From Candidatus Kaiserbacteria bacterium CG10_big_fil_rev_8_21_14_0_10_49_17 (GTDB lineage Bacteria; Patescibacteriota; Minisyncoccia; Phycocordibacterales; JABMNX01), in NCBI GenBank assembly GCA_002778575.1, contig PFBJ01000004.1:2084-46550 (forward strand): a stretch of DNA of 44,467 nucleotides. The letters are read 5' to 3'. Shown here piece by piece: positions 1-9,667 of this stretch. The notes under the pieces were generated by a model. It ran no database searches. It worked only from the letters and a program-made list of their open reading frames with translations, and was not told where the DNA came from. The position numbers were made by a program, and so were the translations under genes. Position 1 is the stretch's first letter. Every line of letters begins with the position of its first letter.

Positions 1-233
1 CGCCCGAGAATGGTTGGCGCAAAATCTTCGGATTCTATTTGTCGCCACGGAGCACCACTACCAATGAGCAAATCACCGAGCACAGTAATCCGTACAGGCG
101 CTTCCCCATTTGGGCACAGAAGAGAGGTAGTTTCAGTTTCAGCTGCCTTTATAAATGCAAATATACAAAGAACAAAAATGCCCACAGTAATATACGGCAC
201 AATTGAAGCGCGCGTGCTCGATGTCGTTTGCAT
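1..233 (-). CDS. Partial gene (3' end outside window): membrane-anchored protein, possibly CapA/PGA_cap-family metallophosphoesterase
   Basis: Not in the ORF track. Manual translation from ATG 233 gives MQTTSSTRASIVPYITVGIFVLCIFAFIKAA...VRITVLGDLLIGSG: an N-terminal TM segment plus a GD-hydrophobic motif like CapA motif I. A TGgTATCCT box lies 7 nt upstream. Confidence 0.5.
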   Translation of the reverse strand, partial: MQTTSSTRASIVPYITVGIFVLCIFAFIKAAETETTSLLCPNGEAPVRITVLGDLLIGSGAPWRQIESEDFAPTILG

Positions 234-269
234 ATTGCAAAGGATACCAGAGGTATGCGCTCTCAGCCT

Positions 270-2582
270 CTATTGGTGTGGGCTCGCCGGTTCACTACTC
301 TCCCGACGGCGCATCCAATGGTGGGCGCCGATGGCACCGAGCGCGACCAGTACGAGAATGCCGAGAAAGAGATTCCACGCAAGGAAGCGATTTGCACCGG
401 CCTCCTCCCGACTCGCGTCGGTATACGCAACCTCCCCAGACGCATCAACAGTTGCAATAATTTCTCCCTCTAGAATGCCATTTTCACCGTGCCCGATTGT
501 AATAACTTCAACAGTATCGTTGCGCGTCGTGAGGTACCCATAGAGCGTCTTGGGATCATACGCAATCATATTGTACGGTCGTCGATCTGTTTCCCCCCAA
601 AATGGCAGTACCCCAGACCACGCGAGCGTGAATTCCCCCGAACTCTCATCTTGAATGAACACATCGACAACCTCTTCGCCGCGGTGATTTATGTATACAA
701 ACTCCGTACTCGGATCAAAAAAGATACGGTACGGCTTTCCGTCTATTGGAATTTCCTGCGCGATTTTTCGCGTGTCTGGATTGATAACAATTACTTTTTC
801 ACCTCGCTCAACGGTCACAAGAATGCGATCGAGTTCAGATATGTAACGCACCCAGATAGGGTTTTCTCCAACCGGAATTGTACTAACAAGTTTTTGTGTC
901 GCCGTATCAATAACTGCTACCACACCGCCCGCGTAAAGAGCTGTATAGAGCATACCCCGACGCTCATCAATAGTGTTCACTAGCGGATAGCTTCCATCAG
1001 GTACATCAACTGTCCCAACCACCGTATCTGTCGCCCCGTCTATGACTGTAATTTTCCCTGCCGCCGCGTTCGAGTAATACAGAATGTTTTGTTCCTCAAA
1101 GATGACACCGCCGCGTGGTTGCTGTGCAAGCTGGAGTGTTTTTTGCGGGTATGTGTCATTTGTAATATCAATGACTGCAAGAGTACTGTCGGCAGGGCTC
1201 ACTGCGTAAAGCTTTTGCGTTTTCTTATTTAAGAAAAGATTCTGAATAGCCCGCCCGCTTGGAATTTTCTCAATCGGTTTAAATGTTGTTGCGTCTAGTA
1301 CAGTAATGAAATTGGCTCCAATGTTCGACACAAAGACGCGATTGCCAGGACTATCAATAACAATACTCTGTGGGCTGGAGAAAAATACCTCAGACGTATT
1401 TTGCGCAATCCTAATTGAACGAGCCTCAAGGGAGGTTACATCAACAACAATAATCTCCTCTCCTTGCCACGTTAAAATGTATGCCTCACTAGTCGTATCT
1501 GAGAATACAAGAGATTTCGCGGACATAACCACATCACGTCTGTCAATGATTTTATTTGCAGTCGTGTCGTAGACAATGTATTTCCCCTCTGTTCGATTCA
1601 GTATAAAAAGTCGCTTTAGGTTAGTCGCATACGCGATCTGTATGGGTGCTGTTTCAAAATACGCTGGCGAATTAATATCAATGGTCGTAGTAGTAAAATT
1701 CGGAGCGATAACGGTAATTGTTCCTGAAGCATTATTTGCGACGAAGACATCGCCGGTTTGCTCATCATACGCAAGGTCGGTTGGGTCTGCACCGACCGAA
1801 ACAATTGATACAACAGAGCCCGTATTTGGATCAATAACATACACATCATCTGAACCGGTATGAGAGATATACGCGTAGCCGGTCACATTATTAAGAAGGA
1901 TATCCGTCGGGCTCAAACCAACTGCCACCTCCTTGATTCCTGCAGATGTATCATCAGGGACAATACTCACCGTACCAGCCCCTTCATTGACGCTTACGAC
2001 AGTGTGATCAGCTGTAACGGCAAGGGCGGTCGGCAGTGCGCCAATACGCAGTTGCGCTTGCTGCTGTTCTGTAAGTGAAAGTCGGAAAAGGCTGTCAGCC
2101 CCATATCCCATGTATAACGTGGTCCCGTCTGGTGAAAATGCAAACGACAGTCGCCCGCTTTCGAGACGGCCATTGAATGTGTAGGCCGGGCCACCCTCAA
2201 GAGATTTCGTACCAGCATTGTATACCGCAACACTGAGGCGAAACATCCGATTGTCTGGATCATATTCAAGTACGACAATTCGGTCACCTGTTGACGATAG
2301 GAGTATCTGATACGGGACACCCCTCAATTCCGGAATTTTCTCGCCTTTAAACACAAAAGAATCCTCCCGAATATTGTACCCAGATACTGTGCCGTCCTTA
2401 TTAAGTATGTACAGGAGTGTACCATCTGTACTTACTGCTATATCTTGCGCTCCAGGAATTGAAAGCGCATCCTGCGCATGACTTACCATCGGAGCCATGC
2501 TTAAGAATGCGCCACAGCAAACAGTAATCGCTACGAGAACTGATACGAATCGACTATTGCACATTGGTGCGGAAAATAGCAT
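270..2582 (-). CDS. Large YVTN/YncE-type beta-propeller repeat surface protein with C-terminal TM anchor
   Basis: Many repeats of the type VGxxPxxlA...vyVxNxxSGTvsVID. N-terminal signal ending VSHA-Q; C-terminal hydrophobic helix followed by RRR. Start uncertain (2582 or 2564 preferred over 2642). Confidence 0.8.
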   Translation of the reverse strand: MLFSAPMCNSRFVSVLVAITVCCGAFLSMAPMVSHAQDALSIPGAQDIAVSTDGTLLYILNKDGTVSGYNIREDSFVFKGEKIPELRGVPYQILLSSTGDRIVVLEYDPDNRMFRLSVAVYNAGTKSLEGGPAYTFNGRLESGRLSFAFSPDGTTLYMGYGADSLFRLSLTEQQQAQLRIGALPTALAVTADHTVVSVNEGAGTVSIVPDDTSAGIKEVAVGLSPTDILLNNVTGYAYISHTGSDDVYVIDPNTGSVVSIVSVGADPTDLAYDEQTGDVFVANNASGTITVIAPNFTTTTIDINSPAYFETAPIQIAYATNLKRLFILNRTEGKYIVYDTTANKIIDRRDVVMSAKSLVFSDTTSEAYILTWQGEEIIVVDVTSLEARSIRIAQNTSEVFFSSPQSIVIDSPGNRVFVSNIGANFITVLDATTFKPIEKIPSGRAIQNLFLNKKTQKLYAVSPADSTLAVIDITNDTYPQKTLQLAQQPRGGVIFEEQNILYYSNAAAGKITVIDGATDTVVGTVDVPDGSYPLVNTIDERRGMLYTALYAGGVVAVIDTATQKLVSTIPVGENPIWVRYISELDRILVTVERGEKVIVINPDTRKIAQEIPIDGKPYRIFFDPSTEFVYINHRGEEVVDVFIQDESSGEFTLAWSGVLPFWGETDRRPYNMIAYDPKTLYGYLTTRNDTVEVITIGHGENGILEGEIIATVDASGEVAYTDASREEAGANRFLAWNLFLGILVLVALGAIGAHHWMRRRESSEPASPHQ

Positions 2583-2643
2583 AGATGTATTCCTTTTAGT
2601 GTACCGAAGCTTCAAAAAGGTTGCTACAACAGTTACCACCACC

Positions 2644-3594
2644 CTATTCTAAAGACAGCGAAACTATTGGGAACAGTCGTGCGTGCGGATAATCATCAGC
2701 AGTTTGTTTGTCAGAGATGTGAAAATATTTTCCAATGAGCGCCGTGAGAGTCTCTTCATCCGACGGCGACCAGTTTCGATATGAATGTGCATCTGCGGCA
2801 AGTGACGCGCGAACATCCTCAAGAATCGGGTCACGCAGGTTCTCATCACGAATAAATGCATCAAACGCTGCAAGAGACTGAGGGCGATCATAGTGTCGCT
2901 TTGTCGTGTCAGCAAAATACCAAACACTCTGAAGACGCAACAGTGCACTCTTTTCAACCTCTGTTACGGGAGAGGACAGTATTGAGATAGTCATATCCCT
3001 AAAGTTTTGCTCTTGAAAATAATCATCAATAAAAAAGAGTCGTGTAATTAATCGACCGTCGGGAGCTAAAAGTGATTGCATACGCTGTAGCAACGCTTCT
3101 TCACGAGCCGGTGAGACTTGGTGAAGTGCAACATCGCCAAGAATCACATCAAAAAAGTGATCTGGAAATGGAAGCCGTGTCCAATCATCTTTTATCCATC
3201 GCTCTTTTTCAGGATCAACTAATTCAGTAAATCGGAGCATTGCCGCAGGCATACTCGGAGCAAAATCAGCAACAAAGACATCCGCACCAGTTCGTGCCGC
3301 GCAATCTCGAAGCTCTGGTGTTGAACCGAGTATTAAAATACGTTGCGCAGAGCAGGCTGCGAGCATATCGCGGTAGATACGCAGTTCAGTTACGCTTGGC
3401 CGAATTGGAGGTGGGTACCGCCCCCAGAGGCGTGCCATGCGTTCCCAGTATGCAAGGTGTGCAGTGCCGCGCATGTCTCGCCCGTTCCGCTTCATTAGTG
3501 CAGAGTGTACCGCTGTGTCAAGTTCATATAATCCAGCATCATCGAGGAGTCCGGGAATGCGGCGTATCCAGTATCGTAAAATGGAGTATTTCAT
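2644..3594 (-). CDS. Class I SAM-dependent methyltransferase
   Basis: ILILGSTPELRD (motif I variant), VADFA, DWTRLPFPDHFFDVILGD, LLAPDGRLI. Confidence 0.8.
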   Translation of the reverse strand: MKYSILRYWIRRIPGLLDDAGLYELDTAVHSALMKRNGRDMRGTAHLAYWERMARLWGRYPPPIRPSVTELRIYRDMLAACSAQRILILGSTPELRDCAARTGADVFVADFAPSMPAAMLRFTELVDPEKERWIKDDWTRLPFPDHFFDVILGDVALHQVSPAREEALLQRMQSLLAPDGRLITRLFFIDDYFQEQNFRDMTISILSSPVTEVEKSALLRLQSVWYFADTTKRHYDRPQSLAAFDAFIRDENLRDPILEDVRASLAADAHSYRNWSPSDEETLTALIGKYFHISDKQTADDYPHARLFPIVSLSLE

Positions 3595-3638
3595 ATCTCT
3601 GGGTAGTACACATCGCTATGGTATCATACTGATTACCA

Positions 3639-4907
3639 ATGACGCCGATGAGCCTTGCGGAGATAATTCGCTACACATGGGAACATTCTTCATTTTATCG
3701 AGCATTTTGGGGTGAACATGGATTTTCCCCGGAGCAATTCGGTACTGTAGATGATCTCCACGCTATACCTATCCTAACCAAGGAAAGGCTTGCACAGGTA
3801 CCGCTTTCTGAGCGGACAATTAAAACTCCTGGGACTGCACACTATTTGGCCGATATTTCAAGCGGGACAACTCAAACCCCGCTTGTTGTCCTAAAATCTA
3901 ACCACATTCCGTCTGCACACTTTGCGTATGCACAAGCGAGAGCTGGTGCCTGTCAGTCAGCTATGGTGCTTCGCCCGGGTGTATTTGGAACTGCATTCCT
4001 CCACGGTGGTATGAATGCCGGCTACTTCCCACGCGGATCAACAGTGAGTATGGGAGACCCGCGCGATATCCCCTTCTCTGCTTACCTCGCAAAAGAGATT
4101 GCCATGGACTTCCTCGTTGCGCGCCCATCTGATGCAATTCGTCTCGCCCACGCCCTTACAGTTGTTGGCTATTCACCTGAGCGAGTCACAACAATCTGCT
4201 GTTCAGGAGAGCCTCTAACCACGGCGAGCGCGTCGCTCTTATCAGACTTATACCCAACCGCAACAATTCTCTTTGCCTACGGAATGACTGAGTGTCCAGC
4301 ATTCCTTGGTCTGCGTACTTCAAACTGCACGACACTCAGCACGATTGGTCCTGGTACATATCACCTTGATACTGATGCGTTTTACTTTGAGGAGTATGAC
4401 GGTCGAGCACTTATAACGACACTGGTACCGCTACCGACACCACTTATCCGATATGACACCGGCGATCAAATACAAATGAGTAAAACTGTTTCGTGCGCGT
4501 GCGGGTATACATCGGGGCTCATCGGAAGTGTTGGGCCTCGCACGACGCATGCGTATAAAATAGGCGGATGTTCCTTTTCACTTACCGCAGTACGTCAAGC
4601 TTTAGCGACTTTAGAGGGTCTCGTTACAGACGATTTTCGATTAGAGATAGAGCAGGTGCGCACACCGGCAGACACTCTTGCGCTTGATATACGCCTTGCC
4701 ATTCGGCCAGCAGGAGTAGCAACTCCGCTTCTCATTGAATCAGTACTGCAGGCGCTCAAACAGATGCCGGTACAGAAAACGCGCTCTCTCGGTGATGCTC
4801 TTGAAAGCACGCTCATCCGAAACCTTGAAATTATTCCTGAAAGTACAGTATCGGGCGCCGCATTAGTACCACCTCAGGAAATTACCAACGCATTTAAGCA
4901 AACCTAG
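3639..4907 (+). CDS. PaaK/phenylacetate-CoA-ligase-like adenylate-forming enzyme
   Basis: SFYR...DLHAIPILTK, SSGTTQTP P-loop, SGEPL, YGMTE, PLIRYDTGD, CACG. Confidence 0.8.
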   Translation: MTPMSLAEIIRYTWEHSSFYRAFWGEHGFSPEQFGTVDDLHAIPILTKERLAQVPLSERTIKTPGTAHYLADISSGTTQTPLVVLKSNHIPSAHFAYAQARAGACQSAMVLRPGVFGTAFLHGGMNAGYFPRGSTVSMGDPRDIPFSAYLAKEIAMDFLVARPSDAIRLAHALTVVGYSPERVTTICCSGEPLTTASASLLSDLYPTATILFAYGMTECPAFLGLRTSNCTTLSTIGPGTYHLDTDAFYFEEYDGRALITTLVPLPTPLIRYDTGDQIQMSKTVSCACGYTSGLIGSVGPRTTHAYKIGGCSFSLTAVRQALATLEGLVTDDFRLEIEQVRTPADTLALDIRLAIRPAGVATPLLIESVLQALKQMPVQKTRSLGDALESTLIRNLEIIPESTVSGAALVPPQEITNAFKQT

Positions 4908-5101
4908 TTTCGGTGTGCGCGCCACGCACGTGCCAGATGCACGATGAGTGTCAGCACGACCAAAACAAGGACGCCCCACCATACTGCCGTTGCAACATCA
5001 ATATGCGCAATAATACATTTCTGCGCAGGCGTAAGCGTGGTCGGCGATGCGCCTTCAAGACCGCGCAACACGATGAGTTGACTGCTTGTTGTGTTAGTCA
5101 T
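4904..5101 (-). CDS. Small single-TM membrane protein (65 aa)
   Basis: ATG overlaps the stop of the upstream HTTM gene (coupling); C-terminal hydrophobic helix followed by a basic tail. Confidence 0.5.
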   Translation of the reverse strand: MTNTTSSQLIVLRGLEGASPTTLTPAQKCIIAHIDVATAVWWGVLVLVVLTLIVHLARAWRAHRN

Positions 5102-6392
5102 AGATATTTTCTACTGGATAGCCGACGACTTCCGGTTCATCTGAGTGAGTTTTAATCCAATCATTGTGTGTCAATGGACGGTATTGAAGAGCGCAAAGCT
5201 CGTCGGTGTCTACGATTCGCAAAAACGGCCCCCCGTTTATTGAGTGGTCGAATGTCCACGCGGCACTCTGAATATGTGCAGCGTTGCGTTTGCAAAATGC
5301 ATTAAGACGGAACCAATAGCGGTATGGCTCACACCGCGCTCGAGCATTCGCACTTTCATTGTATATAACCTGTTCACTACCGTCCGTAAATGTAATGCGT
5401 GCTGTCGAGATGCATTGATGGTTCGATTCAAACATATACAAGCCGTATTTATTTCCCTCGAGGGTTAACTTTTCATCACCAGGAATAAAAAGTGGCAAAG
5501 ACTGCATGCATACGAGAAGCCCTACAAGCACCCAACCAGCAATAGAACGACGATCAAATGGGATTGGTGTCTTTCGATAAAAAAGCCCGAATAGAATGAT
5601 GAGCGTCGGAAGAACAACTGACGGATAGTGATACTTCACCAAGATTCCGGAGTAGAGGTGGAATGCTATAAAAAATACGAGGACGAGGCGTTGCACTAGG
5701 CCCGGCCGAGAGAGGAGGAACCACGCGCCCACCATTTCCATAAAAATGACAAGATTTGTCCAGAATGGAATCGACCAATCAGGGAAAAGTGGCAATCCGG
5801 TTTGAAGCGCTGAGAAGTATGTCCCTGCCACCCAGGCTGGGTGAATTTTTGCCACCGTAGAGAGCGCATAAAATAAAACGAAACAGAGCTTCAAGAAAAA
5901 CTCTTTATGGGGCAAGAACAATAGAATGGTAGTTAATACAAAAAGGTAATAATCGTAATTGCCACCAAGCTGACCTGAGAGAATAAATGTCGCTAACGCA
6001 TGCCAAAGGTACATAAGGACAATAGACATGTGCGCAAGGACCCACTCTTTGCGATACATAAGATAAACCGCAATAAGCATGAGGCCGAAAAGCCCCATAT
6101 AGAGAACCGTCTGAGAGTATCCATTTGGTAGACCGTGCAAGAAGAGCCAGTCCGTACACCCCTGAAAGTACGGTCGGCATACAGCGTATCCTTTCTCAAC
6201 AGCATCCGCAGTGAGAACAGTGCTTGAAACCCAAAAGCTGAATGTCGTGAAGTATGAAAAAAGTGAAGCGCCGAAGACCCACTTCAATACGAGCTCTTTT
6301 TCAAGTTCTTGGATTGAAAAAAAGCGTTGGTATGCATGAATAATGCGTTGATCGAACGTCGTTGGGAACAGTTTCTTAAGGAGTTGCGTCAT
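5094..6392 (-). CDS. HTTM-domain, vitamin-K-dependent gamma-carboxylase (VKGC)-like membrane protein
   Basis: Multi-TM. Motifs STVAKIHPAWVAG (cf. VKGC/HTTM AKL..DW..G), E...LL...R...FH, EGNKYGLYMF, and soluble C-terminal SINGGPFLRIVD...YRPLTHNDWI (cf. VKGC S.N.R.Q.lvDP...w.Pf....W). Confidence 0.75.
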   Translation of the reverse strand: MTQLLKKLFPTTFDQRIIHAYQRFFSIQELEKELVLKWVFGASLFSYFTTFSFWVSSTVLTADAVEKGYAVCRPYFQGCTDWLFLHGLPNGYSQTVLYMGLFGLMLIAVYLMYRKEWVLAHMSIVLMYLWHALATFILSGQLGGNYDYYLFVLTTILLFLPHKEFFLKLCFVLFYALSTVAKIHPAWVAGTYFSALQTGLPLFPDWSIPFWTNLVIFMEMVGAWFLLSRPGLVQRLVLVFFIAFHLYSGILVKYHYPSVVLPTLIILFGLFYRKTPIPFDRRSIAGWVLVGLLVCMQSLPLFIPGDEKLTLEGNKYGLYMFESNHQCISTARITFTDGSEQVIYNESANARARCEPYRYWFRLNAFCKRNAAHIQSAAWTFDHSINGGPFLRIVDTDELCALQYRPLTHNDWIKTHSDEPEVVGYPVENIYD

Positions 6393-6442
6393 ACGATTTC
6401 TTGCATTATGTCAGAAAATGACACGAAGAGGGAGCGTGAAAT

Positions 6443-6470
6443 AAAGCCGGTCGCATTCGCGACCGGCTTT
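6443..6470. terminator. Intrinsic terminator hairpin after the AstA-like gene
   Basis: AAAGCCGGTCGC-attc-GCGACCGGCTTT. Confidence 0.75.
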
Positions 6471-6473
6471 TCT

Positions 6474-7223
6474 CTATACCGCCTGCTCAAGCGCATCCGC
6501 CATAAACCGCTTGAGATTCGGAAGATGCTCGGAAATGGTCACATGGAATGCGTTAAGCGATGTTGGGACATACCGATGTGTTTCTTCAATTATTCCCCAC
6601 TGGAGGAAAAGCTCGAATGGTTTACGCAGAGGCGGAAACGCGCGCCCGCGCGTTTCTGTTATGACAGCCTGAGGCAATCTAGAAAGTGGGATTGGTTCAC
6701 GTGGCCATTTCTTCCAGATTGTACGCTCCATTGTTCCGAACGGGTTCTCTAAAAGTGCTGCGTACGGAACTCCAGTTACTTCAGCACCAACGCGATTCCA
6801 AAAAAGTGGGTTACCATCGGCGTCTTTGATTCCTGCCATACGCGCCCAGAGGCCACGGAGTGTTGCAGATGATTCGAATGTGTCCCACTCACGGAGAATA
6901 AGTCCAGCCAACTGCTTCAGTACACCAGAGCCGCGATACTTGGAATGGATGCACCACCCGCCAGTTCCGGTATACGGTCCATCATTATGAATCTGGAGGT
7001 GCTCGTCTTCAATCGTCAGGTACACGAAATCTGAAAAATGGGAAATCCATCCGAGCGCGACGAGACCGTCCGTATCACGAATGCTGGAAAGCACCATTTT
7101 CTTTTCAAGATGGTCGCACAACTCTACAACAGTACGCGGGTACAGCAATAGACCGCCAGCGTTCTGAGCGTAGAAAGCTAAGGCCTCTTCTGCCTGATTC
7201 GCAGAGATACGACCCAAGAGCAT
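6474..7223 (-). CDS. GNAT-fold acyltransferase related to arginine N-succinyltransferase (AstA-like)
   Basis: CIHSKYRGSGV acyl-CoA-binding motif A. ARMAGIKDADGNPLFWNRVG and WPREPIPLSRLP resemble AstA AEMRG..D..G.SPFW..LG and MPkyPIY..LL. SD AAGGAG upstream. Confidence 0.65.
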   Translation of the reverse strand: MLLGRISANQAEEALAFYAQNAGGLLLYPRTVVELCDHLEKKMVLSSIRDTDGLVALGWISHFSDFVYLTIEDEHLQIHNDGPYTGTGGWCIHSKYRGSGVLKQLAGLILREWDTFESSATLRGLWARMAGIKDADGNPLFWNRVGAEVTGVPYAALLENPFGTMERTIWKKWPREPIPLSRLPQAVITETRGRAFPPLRKPFELFLQWGIIEETHRYVPTSLNAFHVTISEHLPNLKRFMADALEQAV

Positions 7224-7257
7224 CGAACTGTCTCCTTTTAATCACTTCTCTGGGCGA

Positions 7258-7286
7258 ATACTAGTACCGCAACGCGACTGCGTCAA
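7258..7286 (-). promoter_or_regulatory. sigma70-type promoter for the AstA-like gene
   Basis: TTGACG-17 nt-TAGTAT on the minus strand. Confidence 0.6.
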
Positions 7287-8425
7287 TCACGCCTGCCGTA
7301 AAATGACCGAATAGCACCCGCCACCCTACTGACATCCCGCAATGACATCGAGTCAAAAAGTGGGAGCGAGAGAATACTTTCTGTGGCATTCTCTGCAACT
7401 GGAAAACTTCCCGCGTCCCAATGACCACCAAAAGCCTCGAAATATGGCAATGGAATTGGATAGTGCACAACTGGCTGTAGTCTCGGTATATGAGTAAACT
7501 CCCTCTTAAGATGGGTTAGCAGTGCGTCACGCTCCGCCGCCTGCACAGTATATCGGTACCAGCTCCGCACAGTTCCTTCAGCTTCAGTCGGTAGAGTAAT
7601 TTCTTTGATGTCTCGGAGTCTGTCAGTGTAGCAACTGGCAAGAGTGCGGCGATACGACAACCAGAAGGGTAAGAATGGGAGTTTGGCGTGAAGAATCGCA
7701 GCGTGCAACTCATCGAGCTTCCCATTTGTCCCGACATGTGGATACTCGTAAAACAGACGTGACGAACCATACTTCCGCAAGCGAGCCGCCAAATCCCGCT
7801 GTGAAGGATCGCGCACAAAAAGAGCGCCGGCTGCTCCTGGGCTTGAGAGGAGTTTCGTTCCTGAAAAACTAAAGCACCCAAAATCGCCAATAGTACCAAC
7901 CGGGCGTTGACTGCCAGAACTGTCAATCGAAGCACCGAGTGCTTGGGCAGCATCTTCGATTACCGGCACCTTATGCGCTCGGGCAATATGTACTACGCGT
8001 TCTATTTCACGCGAGGGTTGGCCAAAGAGGTGCGCGATAAGTATGGCACGTGTGTGTTTTGTAATTGCTCTCTGAAGCTGATGAGGGTCAAGTGACAGAT
8101 CATCTGATTGCACATCAATAAAAATGGGAGTTGCACCGAGCCATACAATTGGAGCAACGAGTGCCATGCATCCAAATGCCGGCACGATAACCTCATCACC
8201 ACGCCCTACACCGAGTACTTTAAGTGATAGTTCTATTGCATCACTACCACCACCAACACCAAGTACAGGGGCGCGCAAAAATGCAGAGAAATCCTGCTCG
8301 AAGCGACGAGTTTCAGTTACTTCATACCCATATTCAGCGCCACGAGAGAGCACGGCGCATGCTGCGTAAAACGTTAAGATGTGTTGCCGAACAGCAGTAC
8401 CTCGGCGACCAAAGACATACACCAT
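7283..8425 (-). CDS. DegT/DnrJ/EryC1/StrS PLP-dependent aminotransferase
   Basis: GSDAIELSL..LGVGRGDEVIVP, HLFG, VIEDAAQALG, FSFSGTKLL (PLP lysine), LSLPLF. Confidence 0.9.
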   Translation of the reverse strand: MVYVFGRRGTAVRQHILTFYAACAVLSRGAEYGYEVTETRRFEQDFSAFLRAPVLGVGGGSDAIELSLKVLGVGRGDEVIVPAFGCMALVAPIVWLGATPIFIDVQSDDLSLDPHQLQRAITKHTRAILIAHLFGQPSREIERVVHIARAHKVPVIEDAAQALGASIDSSGSQRPVGTIGDFGCFSFSGTKLLSSPGAAGALFVRDPSQRDLAARLRKYGSSRLFYEYPHVGTNGKLDELHAAILHAKLPFLPFWLSYRRTLASCYTDRLRDIKEITLPTEAEGTVRSWYRYTVQAAERDALLTHLKREFTHIPRLQPVVHYPIPLPYFEAFGGHWDAGSFPVAENATESILSLPLFDSMSLRDVSRVAGAIRSFYGRRD

Positions 8426-8479
8426 TACCGGTATGATAGTCTACCGCTTAAAAAAGAACCAGAGGATCAGGAGAGTGAG

Positions 8480-8779
8480 CTAACTGTCGCCGTCGCCGCT
8501 ACCGTCGCCACCACCACCGTCGCCGTCGCCACCCCACCCGTACCATCCGTACCATCCTTGAGAATAGTAATTATTTTGAGAGTAGTAGTTGCCTTGTGAG
8601 TAGTAGTTGCCTTGTGAGTAATAGGAACTTTGATTGTATGGAACATCGGCATGCGCTTCCTCAATGAATCGCGGATGTTCACCATCCTTAAAAAGTTTCT
8701 GCCCCAGGGCAATAACTGAAACAACAATAAGCGCACCGCCGAGTAAAAGAAATCGAGGTGTGTCTCTTAGGAGTTTCAT
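8480..8779 (-). CDS. Small exported/anchored repeat peptide (99 aa): hydrophobic leader, AHA-D site, YYSQGN-type hexads, GWYGWYGW, Gly/Asp tail; candidate precursor peptide
   Basis: ORF translation; the repeats are in-frame 18-nt units with synonymous variation between copies. Confidence 0.75.
   Translation of the reverse strand: MKLLRDTPRFLLLGGALIVVSVIALGQKLFKDGEHPRFIEEAHADVPYNQSSYYSQGNYYSQGNYYSQNNYYSQGWYGWYGWGGDGDGGGGDGSGDGDS
8538..8620. repeat. Coding tandem repeats in the peptide gene
   Basis: GAGTAGTAGTTGCCTTGT x2 exact (8580-8615) plus diverged flanking copies; CCGTACCAT x2 (8538-8555). Confidence 0.9.
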
Positions 8780-8814
8780 TACCTATATTGAAGCACAGAA
8801 ATGGCTTTGGTAAA

Positions 8815-9630
8815 ATGACAGATGTGAGTAATCAAATTTCGCTCCTCTTACCGCGATACGCAGGAATCGCATTCGCGCTCTTTATTGCTGTATGTGTTTT
8901 TCTGTACACAGCTCCCGGGCACGCTGCGACAATTGCCCTTCATTACCTCCACACACCTCGCCTCGCTTTCATGATTGATACGAATGCTGCGCGAGCTTTT
9001 GAAATTGGCGACTATTACTTTGAGAACCCGGCCGGCCCATATAGGCCAGATGCGGCAGCTAAGTATTTTGCCCGTACGCTATCTCTCGATCCAACACATC
9101 CACATGCCCACCACCAACTCGCGCGCATCTTTTTCTTGCGTGGCAATTTTGACAAGGCACTTGCAGAGATAAACGTACAGATTGAATTACATGGCGAATC
9201 GAGCATATCCTCTTATTACGTTCGAGGCCTTATTCTTGGCTATATGGGCCAGCCTGAGCAAGCCGAACAAGACTTCCGCCACTACCTCTCTAAACGAGAG
9301 CGAAACTGGGGTGCGTACAATGATATAGCATGGATTTACTTTCAGCTGGGAAACTTTGAGCAAATGCGGGAAGAAGCAGTGTACGGACTTCGTATTGCAC
9401 CAAATAATCCCTGGCTCTTAACAACGTATGGAGTTGCTGAAATGAATTTAGGCAATAAAGCGGCAGCAAGAGATAGTTTTGAAGCCGCACTTTCTGCTAT
9501 TGTTACTACTACGCCAGAGGAATGGTCCCGGGTAAATCCAGGTAACGACCCAGCAATTGCCGAGCGCGGGTTGGAAGAAATGCGTCGAACTATTGAGAAA
9601 AATATCGATTTACTTATCACCACCTCCTAA
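8815..9630 (+). CDS. Membrane-anchored tetratricopeptide-repeat protein
   Basis: N-terminal TM; TPR-like helices (AHHQLARIFFLRGNFDKALAE, SYYVRGLILGYMGQPEQAEQDF, AYNDIAWIYFQLGNFEQ). Start 8815 ATG or 8824 GTG. Confidence 0.8.
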   Translation: MTDVSNQISLLLPRYAGIAFALFIAVCVFLYTAPGHAATIALHYLHTPRLAFMIDTNAARAFEIGDYYFENPAGPYRPDAAAKYFARTLSLDPTHPHAHHQLARIFFLRGNFDKALAEINVQIELHGESSISSYYVRGLILGYMGQPEQAEQDFRHYLSKRERNWGAYNDIAWIYFQLGNFEQMREEAVYGLRIAPNNPWLLTTYGVAEMNLGNKAAARDSFEAALSAIVTTTPEEWSRVNPGNDPAIAERGLEEMRRTIEKNIDLLITTS

Positions 9631-9667
9631 CTGTCAGGCAACCTTAATCCGTTATACTAACATTGTC

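Noticed and set aside
8538-8620. Tandem repeats as a CRISPR array
   Set aside because: Units are 9 and 18 nt, contiguous with no spacers and in frame in a coding sequence; no cas genes in the window.
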